From: a virus
Strand: one strand, 5' to 3'
Length of the DNA: 62,604 bases
Virus record (IMG/VR): IMGVR_UViG_3300003690_000007
Span: 1-62,604 of that record
In this document: positions 41,287 through 50,439 of the stretch, piece by piece
Layout of the letters: each line of letters begins with the position of its first letter
How positions within the stretch are numbered: position 1 is the stretch's first letter
The notes under the pieces: generated by a model
The model's input: the letters and a program-made list of their open reading frames with translations, nothing else
Told to the model about the DNA's origin: nothing
Databases searched by the model: none
Program-made: the position numbers and the translations under genes

Positions 41287-42864
41287 CTATCTCCCGAACA
41301 ACGATCCGTTGCGCCCGTTGCGCACATTGCTCCGAGTGTCTGTTGTAATCCTATCCCTGTCTGCGAACAAGATTGATCGTTTTCCGCCGTCCCGCTGAAG
41401 ATGAACGCCGTACCTTCGATCGTCCCGCTCGCGCTTGGTCGGCTGTGGCACGATCCCGTCGATCTGCGCTTCGGAGAACAGCAGGTATCTCAGGGCGTCT
41501 ACCGCGTGATCGTCCTTCTTCAACGGCTCCGGTCGAGCGTCGCGAGGGTTCATACCCTTGTCGCTGGGTTGAATCCAACGGTACGTCCGCATCTCGCGCG
41601 ACAAGTTCGGGCAGTTGTTCTTGTGAACGAACAGGCGAGGCTCGCCGAGACCGGGAACCGTCTTGAGTGCCTGACGAACGTAGTCGATCCCCTCGAGGAC
41701 AGCGTTCGCCGCCCCCGACATCTGGAAGCCCGCACGCTGCGCGATGCGAATGCTGTCGAGTCCCGACGGGTCGGCCCACGTCGTCCCGTAGTTGGGGTGG
41801 TCCTTCGGCCACGACTCCATATCCTCGATCGCATCGAGGTGGTCTAGCACAGTCCGGTTCTGATCGGTTGACCAGTATTCGTTGTAAATGAACCACTGCC
41901 CCACGCCGTTGCGATAAGCCCACAGGCAATAGAAGGCGTTGCTGGGTCCAGCCCCCCAGTCGATCGCGCGTCGGTAGAAGCAGCCGTCCGGGTGGTCGAT
42001 CTTGTCATCTTCGACGAGGTGAATGTGCGGGTTGAACCCCTGATAGATCGCGCCTTCGTATGAGGCGAACGCGCCGATCAGGCGAGTCAGCAACATCTCG
42101 TCAGGGATCATCCCGTAGAATTCGTCGAACCACGCCGCGCTGATGTGTCCCTTCTCTTTCGCGCACTCGGTGTTGCACCGGTACACTTCCCACCCCTCCG
42201 GCAGCCGGTCATTCTCGATCATCTCCTCGATGGGTGCCGAGAGACCGGGATCGACAGGCGTGAACTCGCAGAACTTCGATCCGGGGAAGTTGTACTCGCG
42301 ACAACCTCGCAGCACCTCGGTCAGCAGGGCGTATGGGAATTGCTCGCTGAAACAGAAGCCGCCGATCGACCGCGCCTGCAATCGTTGGCGTCCTTGCTCA
42401 TAGCTCTTGAACTCCAGCACCCAGTTCTTTCGAGGACGACCCGGCCACGAGAGGAGCGGCACCCGGAAAGGCCAGTTCTGGTTTGGCTTGTACCAACTGA
42501 TCCTGTCCCAGTCGATCTCGCTCGACGGCAGGTGTCCGTGGCCGTAGAGCTTCTCCTTCCATAACGTCTCCATCACCTGTTCGTAGGTGTCGCCGATAAG
42601 CCAGAACGGCGTGTCGAACCGGGGCGGCGGCGTGTTCATCACGAACCGCGCGACCTTGTTCATCGCGCACTCTGTCGTCCCGCTGCCGTTGCCACCGATT
42701 AGCCAGATGACTCCGCTGCTGTCTGCCTCGATGAACCCCGTCTGCTGGTCGTACCGCTCGAGATCGTCCTCGCGCGGCGTGAAGACAAAATATGCCTGCT
42801 CGGCCTGTTCGGTCAACAGGGCCAGATCTTCGATCGGGTCAGTCAGGCTCATCATCACTCGCAT
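41287..42864 (-). CDS. terL: terminase large subunit (525 aa)
   Basis: Walker A-like IGGNGSGTTE (nt ~42673-42696), Walker B-like GGFCFSE, and nuclease motifs AIDWG and KKDDHAVDALRYLLF. Confidence 0.85.
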   Translation of the reverse strand: MRVMMSLTDPIEDLALLTEQAEQAYFVFTPREDDLERYDQQTGFIEADSSGVIWLIGGNGSGTTECAMNKVARFVMNTPPPRFDTPFWLIGDTYEQVMETLWKEKLYGHGHLPSSEIDWDRISWYKPNQNWPFRVPLLSWPGRPRKNWVLEFKSYEQGRQRLQARSIGGFCFSEQFPYALLTEVLRGCREYNFPGSKFCEFTPVDPGLSAPIEEMIENDRLPEGWEVYRCNTECAKEKGHISAAWFDEFYGMIPDEMLLTRLIGAFASYEGAIYQGFNPHIHLVEDDKIDHPDGCFYRRAIDWGAGPSNAFYCLWAYRNGVGQWFIYNEYWSTDQNRTVLDHLDAIEDMESWPKDHPNYGTTWADPSGLDSIRIAQRAGFQMSGAANAVLEGIDYVRQALKTVPGLGEPRLFVHKNNCPNLSREMRTYRWIQPSDKGMNPRDARPEPLKKDDHAVDALRYLLFSEAQIDGIVPQPTKRERDDRRYGVHLQRDGGKRSILFADRDRITTDTRSNVRNGRNGSLFGR

Positions 42865-43012
42865 CCGTGCGGTTCAATTGCCGCGCGATCCATGACTCAA
42901 GCTCATCAAGTTGATATGGACTCAGGTCGCCTATCTCATCCAGCGATATCTCGATGTCGATCCTCAACAACGCTCGCCGCAAGTAGACCACCCTGTCCAA
43001 CCACGCATCCAT
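42839..43012 (-). CDS. small acidic ORF upstream of terL (57 aa)
   Basis: ATG 43012 preceded by aaggagccgacgc; overlaps the terL start by 26 nt; below the ORF-track cutoff. Confidence 0.4.
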   Translation of the reverse strand: MDAWLDRVVYLRRALLRIDIEISLDEIGDLSPYQLDELESWIARQLNRTDASDDEPD

Positions 43013-43051
43013 GCGTCGGCTCCTTGATCAATCCCGTTACTCCCCCATGTC

Positions 43052-43096
43052 CTGAGTTCTCTGTGTCCTCTGTGTCCTCTGCGCCCTCTGTGTTTC
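43052..43096. repeat. five tandem 9-mers (CTGNGYYCT) in the terS-terL intergenic region
   Basis: ctgagttct ctgtgtcct ctgtgtcct ctgcgccct ctgtgtttc. Confidence 0.85.
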
Positions 43097-43188
43097 AAGA
43101 GTTACCACGTCGGACGAACCGACAGTCGGGACACCACTGGTCTCGAACACTTGCTCATCACCTGTTCATCGACAACGGATAAAGCGCC

Positions 43189-43767
43189 CTAGCCCCCCGT
43201 CACATCGATGATCCGCTTCCGCGCTATCTCCATCTGGTTCAGCACATCTTTCGCCGCGTCCTCCATGTCCCGACCGGCGACGCGGATTTCCAAACCGTGC
43301 CGGACCTCGATCGGAGCGTCGGCTCCCCAGATTCCCCTGATCTCGGCGAGAGCCTGACGAGCTTGCGTCAGGAATGCCGGGTTGCCGACGTGCGACTGCT
43401 GCGTCGTGGTGGTCATGTACTGGCCGTCACCCTCGGAGACAGCCACCTTGGTGTCGACACACTTCGAGCAATCCCACGCATTCATGGCCTCTCGGAAGAT
43501 GACCATGAGGTGCTGCGTGTGCCGCGCCTTGATGACGCGGATCGACTCCATCAATTGCGGCGCGAGCCAGTCGTCAATCTTTCTGCCGACCTTGCTGACC
43601 GTTTGTCGACCGATCCCCTTGAACTCCTCGGAGATCTCGGTGTGCGTCTTCCTGCCGTCGCAGATCATCCTGTAGATTTCGAGGTCGCGGGTCGATGGCT
43701 CCCACGGCTTCACTCGGCGAGTGCCGCCCTTCTTTGGACTTCGTCTCGACTTGCTCGCTACCGTCAT
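43189..43767 (-). CDS. terS: terminase small subunit candidate with HTH (192 aa)
   Basis: Basic N-terminus, HTH-like THTEISEEFKGIGRQTVSKVGRKI, and position just upstream of terL. Confidence 0.5.
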   Translation of the reverse strand: MTVASKSRRSPKKGGTRRVKPWEPSTRDLEIYRMICDGRKTHTEISEEFKGIGRQTVSKVGRKIDDWLAPQLMESIRVIKARHTQHLMVIFREAMNAWDCSKCVDTKVAVSEGDGQYMTTTTQQSHVGNPAFLTQARQALAEIRGIWGADAPIEVRHGLEIRVAGRDMEDAAKDVLNQMEIARKRIIDVTGG

Positions 43768-43774
43768 GGGCTAC

Positions 43775-44806
43775 CTACACGTCGGACACGATCCGTTCCT
43801 TGTGCCTCCGAATGATCTGCGCCGCCTTCTGCACCGTGATTCCCATCGTCTTCGCAATTGTTGTCGACGTTCCGCCGTCGGTGAACTGCATCACCACCTC
43901 GTCAGAGATCTGATCGTCGGACATATCCCCCGGCTCGATGTCCTCGGTTGTCTCGTCAACTTCCGGATCGGCGTCAGCATCCGGCTTTGGATCCGCTAGC
44001 TGTGAATCCATCATCGCGTGGTCGGCTTTGGATATCTGCGGTTCCGCCGGTGCCCTGACGGCTCCCGTCGGGGTTTCGTACTTTTTGATCGGGATGCCGA
44101 GAATCTCGGCCATCTGCCGAATTTGATCCTCCTCCCGCTTTGTGATCTTGGTGATCTGCTCGATGTACGCGCCGTCGTTGAGCATTTCTTCGACGGTCGG
44201 GACCGGCTTGTCCTTGTTCTCGAGGTCGGCCACCGCCTGAATCCTCGTCCTCTCCCGATCCTCTCGGTTTGCCTGTTGTTGTTGTATGCTCGGATGAATC
44301 CATCCGACGGGAACGACCGATCCCGGCTCCTCGGCCTCCTTGCGAATGAGTACCTCACTCATGTGTCCGTTCTCATCGATGAACGGTCCACCCAAGCTGC
44401 GAGACCCATAGATTGCGTAGGCGATTTGCTGGTAGCCCACACCCTCATCGATCAGCGCTTGCACGCTGGGCGGCGACGCCTGTGGAACGACGACGGCTGT
44501 GGCACGTTCGTTCAGCATTCCCCTGAAAGAATTCCAGAACGACGGGTACGGTCTGCCCGCTCGATCCCAGTTTCCGTTGCGGTACGACTCCCACTCAACA
44601 GACAGCCTCCCGACGGAGGTCACGAGGCTTCGGCAGTCCTCCGGCACGGATCCGGTGTCGCAGACCTCGATCACAGCCTCCATCAGACGCTCCATCTCCT
44701 GCGTCGGGACATCGGGTGCCTGATCGTCCTCGGACCACCGGTCGTGACAATCGACCAGCCTGTCCACCGATGCCAGAATCTCATCTCGTCTCTGATCGCT
44801 CGCCAT
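43775..44806 (-). CDS. multi-HTH DNA-binding protein (343 aa)
   Basis: Three HTH-like segments, including C-terminal GGTSTTIAKTMGITVQKAAQIIRRH; adjacent to terS. Confidence 0.5.
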   Translation of the reverse strand: MASDQRRDEILASVDRLVDCHDRWSEDDQAPDVPTQEMERLMEAVIEVCDTGSVPEDCRSLVTSVGRLSVEWESYRNGNWDRAGRPYPSFWNSFRGMLNERATAVVVPQASPPSVQALIDEGVGYQQIAYAIYGSRSLGGPFIDENGHMSEVLIRKEAEEPGSVVPVGWIHPSIQQQQANREDRERTRIQAVADLENKDKPVPTVEEMLNDGAYIEQITKITKREEDQIRQMAEILGIPIKKYETPTGAVRAPAEPQISKADHAMMDSQLADPKPDADADPEVDETTEDIEPGDMSDDQISDEVVMQFTDGGTSTTIAKTMGITVQKAAQIIRRHKERIVSDV

Positions 44807-44808
44807 GA

Positions 44809-46221
44809 TTATACCTGCACCACTACTAGCCCTGAAACCGGGGTGCCAACCGCCTCGGCACCGCTCGATTCAGATTGTATCTCGATTGCACCTTTCATCA
44901 ACACGCTGCTCAACACAACTGCACCCGACAGGTGACCCGCAGACACAACTGCACCAGACAGGGCCGGTTGTATCTCGGCTACCCGTCCCGACGATACACT
45001 GACATATGTCAAGATGACCTCGGGTGCTATCGCCGCTGCGTCGGCATTGGCCGATAACACCCCGCCAATCGACAAGTCAACCTGTTCCACCGTAGCGTTG
45101 GCGTTGGCAACACCGACAGACAAGACAACAGCACTCAACACCACCGACGGATCGCCACCAGATGCCTCGGAGTGTGCGACACCGGGAGACTCGGAAACCG
45201 CGCCCAGCGTGACGGCGGGTGCAGCACCTTCCGCATCGGCATTCGCCACCAGACCCGACAAGCCGATGCCCGCGTCCTCGCCGATCGCCGTGGCGTTTGC
45301 CACACCGACCGTCACCGTCACCTCGCCGATCACCACCGACGGGTTGACGGCAGCCGCTTCAGCACTGGCTACCCCGACCGTGACGGTAACCGACCCCAGA
45401 ACAACCGACGGCTCGGTGGCCGATGCCTCCGCATTCGCCACGCCCGCTGAAGCGCTCTGCCCCGAGATCACAGACGGGGTGATGCACTCGGCGTCAGCAT
45501 TGGCTACGCCGACCACCACCGTAACCGCGCCCAGAACGACCGAAGGGTCGACACCCGTCGCGTCAGCATTGGCAACACCGGCTGTGACAGTAACCGCGCC
45601 GAGAACGACCGACGGGTCTGCCCCCGTCGCGTTGGCATTCGCCACGGAAACCCCGAGCGTCACGCCCGGTGTCACTGCCGTCGCGTCGGAGTTCGCGACC
45701 CCCGGAGCAACGCTGATCCCGGCATCGATCGATGGGTTGTCCGCTGTCGCGTTGGCATTCGCCACGCCCACGGATACGGTGACCGCCCCGACCGTGACCG
45801 CCGGGGTGATCGCCACGGCATTTGCGTTTGCGACGCCCGGCGTAACCGTGACCGATCCAACCGTGACCGCCGGGGTGATCGCGGACGCATTTGCGTTTGC
45901 CACCCCCGCGCCGAGCGCGCTGCCGGGATAGGGCGCTTGTGCGTCTGCGTTGGCAACGCCGGGAGAAACAGTGACCGCGCCGACCGTAACAGTCGGATCG
46001 ACTACCGTGGCGTCGGCGTTTGCCGCGCCGGGAGTGACTGTCACCGCACTTAGTGTGACCGACGGGGCCACCACCGAGGCGTTGGCGCTGGCTACGCCAA
46101 CAGATACCGTGACCGCGCCAAGAGATACTGACGGAGCAACGGCCTGCCCGTTAGCGTTGGATGCGCCGGGAGTTACCTCAACCGCCGCAACCTGAGCCGG
46201 TGCAAGAAATAGCTGGAGCAT
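44809..46221 (-). CDS. repeat protein: about 17 tandem 18-23-aa units (consensus xxDPSVVLGAVTVTVGVANADAT), fibre/decoration-like (470 aa)
   Basis: The periodicity is visible in the protein and as ~66-69-nt DNA repeats. Confidence 0.7.
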   Translation of the reverse strand: MLQLFLAPAQVAAVEVTPGASNANGQAVAPSVSLGAVTVSVGVASANASVVAPSVTLSAVTVTPGAANADATVVDPTVTVGAVTVSPGVANADAQAPYPGSALGAGVANANASAITPAVTVGSVTVTPGVANANAVAITPAVTVGAVTVSVGVANANATADNPSIDAGISVAPGVANSDATAVTPGVTLGVSVANANATGADPSVVLGAVTVTAGVANADATGVDPSVVLGAVTVVVGVANADAECITPSVISGQSASAGVANAEASATEPSVVLGSVTVTVGVASAEAAAVNPSVVIGEVTVTVGVANATAIGEDAGIGLSGLVANADAEGAAPAVTLGAVSESPGVAHSEASGGDPSVVLSAVVLSVGVANANATVEQVDLSIGGVLSANADAAAIAPEVILTYVSVSSGRVAEIQPALSGAVVSAGHLSGAVVLSSVLMKGAIEIQSESSGAEAVGTPVSGLVVVQV

Positions 46222-46234
46222 TTACCGCTCCAGC

Positions 46235-46681
46235 TTAGGCTCTAACCAGCTTCAGGTTTCCGGGCGACGCGGTCGCAAAGTCTAGCGTGATGTCAGACCC
46301 GTTCGTCGTCGTGTTGGCGATGTCCAAGAACGCGATCAGAGGACAGTCGCCATCCGTGCCGCTGACGTGGTGGTACAAGATCGCCGCACCCCAAGTCTCC
46401 CCGGCAGGCATGGCCGAGAACGTGATGTCTGCGTCGCTCGTGTTTTGGATTTGCACCCACGCGCCGTCGATTGAGTCGTCTTGCGTCACTGTCACATTGG
46501 TCTGCTGGCGAGCGTAACCGGACAACCCCGACTCGTTTGCGACCACGTCGGCAACATCTACATCCGCCTCGGCAAAAGTCTCGGTGCTTGTGACGATCAT
46601 GATCCGCAGGTCGTCCGTGTCCATGTGCAGGTCGCCCAGAAGCAAAAGCTCCAGCGCGTTGTTGTACCAATGACTGGCCAT
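46235..46681 (-). CDS. hypothetical structural-module protein (148 aa)
   Basis: Tightly packed ORF. Confidence 0.65.
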   Translation of the reverse strand: MASHWYNNALELLLLGDLHMDTDDLRIMIVTSTETFAEADVDVADVVANESGLSGYARQQTNVTVTQDDSIDGAWVQIQNTSDADITFSAMPAGETWGAAILYHHVSGTDGDCPLIAFLDIANTTTNGSDITLDFATASPGNLKLVRA

Positions 46682-46693
46682 GTTCTCGTCTCC

Positions 46694-47389
46694 TTACGAT
46701 CCCTTGGTCCCCACGATCTCGAACGGATCGTCATCCGCCGGAGCGTTGGGCATGGTTTGTACTGTCAGCTTCACCTTGTTGTTGCTGTTGGCTGTGGTGC
46801 CCTGACTGTCCGTGACGAAGAAGGTGAGTCCGGCGTTCGCTGCACCGGCTCCCCATATCAGGGCTTGGTCATTGTAATGGTCGTCGCTCGCCTCGGTAAG
46901 ATCGGTTTCAAACACCGTCGTGGTCGGCGTGAATGTCGCGCTGTCTGACGTGCCGATCTGGACCCCTTCGAGCATCCGTTCGAGGTTGTCCGCTGCCCCG
47001 GCGTCACCGCTGATCTTGCCCACGTCCACCGTGTCCGTGCCCGAGACGAAGACGCTCGGCTCCTCGACAGCGCTGCCGCTCCAGTGGATCGTTCCCGATC
47101 CGATCATCGTGTCGCTCTCGGCAGGGCTGCCACCCGCCCTATCGCGGACCACCACGGAGAACAGGCCCGCACTGATCGACGACGGGAATGTGCCGACATA
47201 CACGCCCGACGCCGTGCCCTGCTCGGACATCGACGTGTCGTAGTTGCTGAAGTCCGTGGTCGAGTATGCCACAAACGCCACGGCAACCGTCGACCAGATT
47301 TCTCCCGGCGTGCCGCTGCTGAGTTCGCGCACCGTGAAGTACGGCGTCTTGCCGGTCAGGCCGTAGGCTATCTGGACTTCACCGGCCAT
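46694..47389 (-). CDS. hypothetical structural-module protein (231 aa)
   Basis: Tightly packed ORF; Ser/Thr/Gly-rich and beta-like. Confidence 0.65.
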   Translation of the reverse strand: MAGEVQIAYGLTGKTPYFTVRELSSGTPGEIWSTVAVAFVAYSTTDFSNYDTSMSEQGTASGVYVGTFPSSISAGLFSVVVRDRAGGSPAESDTMIGSGTIHWSGSAVEEPSVFVSGTDTVDVGKISGDAGAADNLERMLEGVQIGTSDSATFTPTTTVFETDLTEASDDHYNDQALIWGAGAANAGLTFFVTDSQGTTANSNNKVKLTVQTMPNAPADDDPFEIVGTKGS

Positions 47390-47392
47390 GAG

Positions 47393-47650
47393 TCACTCGA
47401 TCGTGATCGCGTTGACTTCATCCGCGATCTCCTGTTCTCGTGTATCGCGGTCAGACTGCTGCTCGCACTTGATCACCTGACTCCTGATCCATTTCGACAG
47501 CAGGCCGTGAACGAACTGGAGTTTCGTTTCGGGGTTCGGGGCAGACCCCTCGTCGGTGGCGATCGTGTCCCGGTATCCGAACCGCTTGCAAATTGAATCG
47601 AGAACTCTGTCGATGTCGCCGTCGGGAATCGTCAGGTTGATCGATGCCAT
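47393..47650 (-). CDS. hypothetical protein (85 aa)
   Basis: Tightly packed ORF. Confidence 0.6.
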   Translation of the reverse strand: MASINLTIPDGDIDRVLDSICKRFGYRDTIATDEGSAPNPETKLQFVHGLLSKWIRSQVIKCEQQSDRDTREQEIADEVNAITIE

Positions 47651-47713
47651 GCTATGCCGCCCTGAAGTCCGTTGCGTCGGTAACGCTAATCGTGAGTTCT
47701 GACATCTTCCCGC

Positions 47714-48724
47714 CTACGGCGCTCCTCCCCCGGACGCTGCGCCAAAGTCGGTCGCGATCCACCCGTCTGTCGAGTCGATCGCGATCAGCCGAAGACCGTC
47801 GAACTGGTTTGCTATTGTGAGGGCGGAAGTCGAACCGTTGATCTGCACCGATGACGGAGCCGCCACCGACAGGTCATTCATCCCCCCCGAGTCCGCCCGG
47901 TAGACCTCATACACTCGACCTTTCGTCCACGTCGGCAGCGTGATCGTTACATCGCTGGAGCTAGCATCCCCGTAGATGACGTGGTCCGCATCCGTCAGCG
48001 TGTAATCGGATGTTCGACTCAGGACCGGGTAGCCGAGTGAACCCCGCACGTCCAGCGTGTGCCGGGCCGAACCTGTGCCAACCGAGATTCCCACCCGGTC
48101 AGCCGAGGCGTCGACCGTGAACAGGTCCGCGTCGGTCTCGCCCCTGAACTGTACGTCCCCGGTGCTGGTGTCCCCGGTGTTGTGAACCAACACACCATTC
48201 TGATCCCACGTCGTTCTGGTCGTCCCCGATGAACCGTCGTGGGATCGAATTTCTAGGTAGCCGCTCGAACCGGTCGGGTAGTCGATCTTGAATTTCTTGT
48301 CGGTCTGGTCGTTTCGCACGATCAGGTTGTTCCCGCCCGTAGCCACACGAATCGTCACCGACACGCTCGTGTCGCCAAGGTTGTACGTCGCCCCCTTGGC
48401 AGTGATTCCCGAGTCTAGCGAGAGAAGGCCGTTGTCGTTGACGCTCGCCACGTCGGTGAGCGTCCCGTCCCGCATCAGCAGGATGTGCAGCTTGCCGTCC
48501 TCGGAGCCGTTGCTCACGTCAACGCCGGAGATCACGAGGCGACCGTACTCGACCTTGCTTCCAGTATCGCTCTCCCCGGTGAATTTCACCGCGCCCAGCT
48601 TGTCGTCATCGGCGGGGCTGGCCGAGTTGCGGTAGACCTCGATGAACGGCTCGGCGGCAGAACCGGCGTCTCCGCTCTCGATGAGTATCTCGTCGACAAA
48701 CGTCCTGCGGATCACCGGGATCAA
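47714..48724 (-). CDS. tail fibre/spike-like protein (~336 aa, TTG start overlapping the upstream stop; alternative GTG at 48713)
   Basis: The first ~67 codons of ORF 47714..48925 are Arg-rich and overlap the nuclease gene. TTGA start/stop overlap at 48721-48724. The body is beta-rich. Confidence 0.5.
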   Translation of the reverse strand: MIPVIRRTFVDEILIESGDAGSAAEPFIEVYRNSASPADDDKLGAVKFTGESDTGSKVEYGRLVISGVDVSNGSEDGKLHILLMRDGTLTDVASVNDNGLLSLDSGITAKGATYNLGDTSVSVTIRVATGGNNLIVRNDQTDKKFKIDYPTGSSGYLEIRSHDGSSGTTRTTWDQNGVLVHNTGDTSTGDVQFRGETDADLFTVDASADRVGISVGTGSARHTLDVRGSLGYPVLSRTSDYTLTDADHVIYGDASSSDVTITLPTWTKGRVYEVYRADSGGMNDLSVAAPSSVQINGSTSALTIANQFDGLRLIAIDSTDGWIATDFGAASGGGAP

Positions 48725-49203
48725 TTGTTTCGGTCCAGTCCGGGGAAAAAGTCTGTTAGTTCGGTGAACAAGTGCTGCGGGATCATCGCGCAAATCTCGA
48801 TGTCGTCGGGATCGTTCCTGTCTCGTCGACCCGCCATCGCGAAATCGATGATATCCAAGTGGCTCTTCTGGAAGACGTACTGTTTGATCGACGGCTCCGG
48901 CGGGTTGTCGCCGCGCCCCAGCCATTCCACCATCAGGACAAACGGAACGTGCATCACCCGGCTGTAGACTATCCCGGTCCTGAACTTCTGGAGACTGAGC
49001 AGGTAGGTCGGGAAGTCACCAAAGTTGTACCGTCTGCACTTGAGTTCGGCCAGACCAACCACGCGGTCGTTCTTGGTCACGCCGCAGTCTATCTCGTAGG
49101 AGATCTTTAGCTTCTCTAGCGTGACTCCCCAGATATTCTCAAGGTGCTGTCTGAAACTTGTCTCCAGCCGGAGGCTCTCGGCGTTTTCGTATCGTGGTCT
49201 CAA
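48721..49203 (-). CDS. PD-(D/E)xK-fold nuclease candidate (160 aa)
   Basis: EIDCGV...VVGLAELKCRRY gives a D...ExK arrangement. Confidence 0.45.
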   Translation of the reverse strand: MRPRYENAESLRLETSFRQHLENIWGVTLEKLKISYEIDCGVTKNDRVVGLAELKCRRYNFGDFPTYLLSLQKFRTGIVYSRVMHVPFVLMVEWLGRGDNPPEPSIKQYVFQKSHLDIIDFAMAGRRDRNDPDDIEICAMIPQHLFTELTDFFPGLDRNN

Positions 49204-49643
49204 TAGTTCTTCTCCACCGCGTGACCGCCATCGACGAGCAACCGGCAGATGTTCACGTCGTCTAGACCGTGGACGGTCGCCAAGTATCTACCGTACTTAC
49301 CCCGACGCTTGGCCGTGCGGACGACGAGCGTGATCGGGCCGTACCCCTTGGAGTAGGAATGCCGCCACAGGAGAGCCGTCAGGGCTTCCTTGGCGACGAG
49401 TCCGGCCTCCCGCTCGGGTCCACGAACCTCTGGAGCATTCAGGCCGATGACTTTCGGCCTCACTTCCAGTGCCAAGCGGAGGCGCTGATGGCTCCACTGC
49501 CCGAAACCCGTGTCGCATAACACGTCAATCGTGTCAGCGTCGACAATCCTGACCAGCACAGCCCGGAACCACCACGGATCAACTTCATCGGGCCAACACC
49601 CCCTGAGCGCCAACCCCGCCGGGCCACTGTGGTCTGCGTCCAT
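49200..49643 (-). CDS. staphylococcal-nuclease-like (SNase/thermonuclease fold) protein (147 aa)
   Basis: VDADTIDV...RLRLALEV...GLNAPEVRGPEREAGLVAKEALTALL...KYGRYLATV follows the SNase consensus (DGDT...GIDAPE...YGR.LA). Confidence 0.65.
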   Translation of the reverse strand: MDADHSGPAGLALRGCWPDEVDPWWFRAVLVRIVDADTIDVLCDTGFGQWSHQRLRLALEVRPKVIGLNAPEVRGPEREAGLVAKEALTALLWRHSYSKGYGPITLVVRTAKRRGKYGRYLATVHGLDDVNICRLLVDGGHAVEKNY

Positions 49644-49649
49644 GCGTAT

Positions 49650-50054
49650 CTATTCCTGCGGCAGCGGGTCCGCCAGATCGAGACCGTAGCGGGTGTCCGC
49701 GTCGGGTGGCGGGTCAGCCTGCACCGGGGGCGTCCTGTCCATCAGTCCCATCGCGATCGGCACCGCCGCACCCAGACCTCCAGCGACCAGAACTCCCGCC
49801 ACCGCGAGCGGGATCAGCCTGCTCGCTCTTGGGCGGGATGCGTTCGGGTGGTGGTGATGGGTACTCATGTCGATGTTGCCCATCTGGTCACCGGGGTCGT
49901 CGAAATTATCGTTGTTATTACGGTGGTGCGCCCGCACCGCTTCCCGATCCGTCCTCTGGACCTCCTGCAAGTCCAGCAGCCCGTTCGCCTCGTTCGCCAG
50001 ATTCAGCTTCCCCAGATTGTGAAGCAGACCCTCCAACCAGTGACCGTGAGTCAT
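49650..50054 (-). CDS. membrane protein, lysis-cassette candidate (134 aa)
   Basis: His-rich stretch, then the TM helix LIPLAVAGVLVAGGLGAAVPIAMGL. Confidence 0.5.
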   Translation of the reverse strand: MTHGHWLEGLLHNLGKLNLANEANGLLDLQEVQRTDREAVRAHHRNNNDNFDDPGDQMGNIDMSTHHHHPNASRPRASRLIPLAVAGVLVAGGLGAAVPIAMGLMDRTPPVQADPPPDADTRYGLDLADPLPQE

Positions 50055-50186
50055 CGTCCCTCGCCTTCGCGTCTGCGATGATGAACGCGGACAGTTCGCC
50101 GCGCAAAAACGCCCTCCGCATCGAAAGGACGCGGTCGGACGAGATCGTGAACTCGGTGGTCAGCGGGTGCGGACCAGATGCCACGA

Positions 50187-50423
50187 CTACGAGTCGGGCT
50201 GGTTCGATGCCGCCCGCGCTTGAAGTACCTCGCGGGCCTGCGCCGAAGTCCGCACCTCCTGCATCGCGACCGCCTCGCGTGTCCCCATCTGGTCCTTGCC
50301 TTCGAGGTACTGGAGGCGAGATTGCTCGGCGATGAATGCCGCGCCGTCGGCCTGACGCTGTGCGGCGTCGGAGGCGTGCTGGTGCAGCAGGCTCGAAGTC
50401 GTGGGTCCAAACGGTTCTTCCAT
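50187..50423 (-). CDS. hypothetical helical protein (78 aa)
   Basis: The ORF competes with the Arg-rich alternative frame 50051..50410; this frame is chosen on composition. Confidence 0.45.
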   Translation of the reverse strand: MEEPFGPTTSSLLHQHASDAAQRQADGAAFIAEQSRLQYLEGKDQMGTREAVAMQEVRTSAQAREVLQARAASNQPDS

Positions 50424-50439
50424 CTTCGTCTCTCCTGTG

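Noticed and set aside
43052-43096. Tandem repeats (also 55447..55490, 17581..17625 and 5506..5526) considered as a CRISPR array
   Set aside because: The units are 7-12 bp and directly abutting, with no spacers. Two of the arrays are simply in-frame coding repeats.
42892-43182. 96-aa plus-strand ORF in the terS-terL gap
   Set aside because: Its translation is a low-complexity product of the 9-mer repeats. It is on the wrong strand for the operon and has no start context.
45014-45931. 305-aa plus-strand ORF with its own repeats (TPTVTVT...)
   Set aside because: It is the mirror image of the minus-strand repeat gene. The periodicity is inherited from it. It has no start context, and the orientation breaks the operon.
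48725-48925. N-terminal 67 codons of ORF 47714..48925
   Set aside because: The sequence is Arg-rich, and it overlaps the PD-(D/E)xK-like gene in another frame. A TTGA start/stop junction at 48721-48724 fits the operon better.
49918-50184. 88-aa minus-strand ORF upstream of the 134-aa membrane protein
   Set aside because: Only the first ~45 codons look protein-like. The rest is a Gly/Ser/Glu low-complexity sequence overlapping 49650..50054. A short real gene or a frameshift is possible but not supportable.
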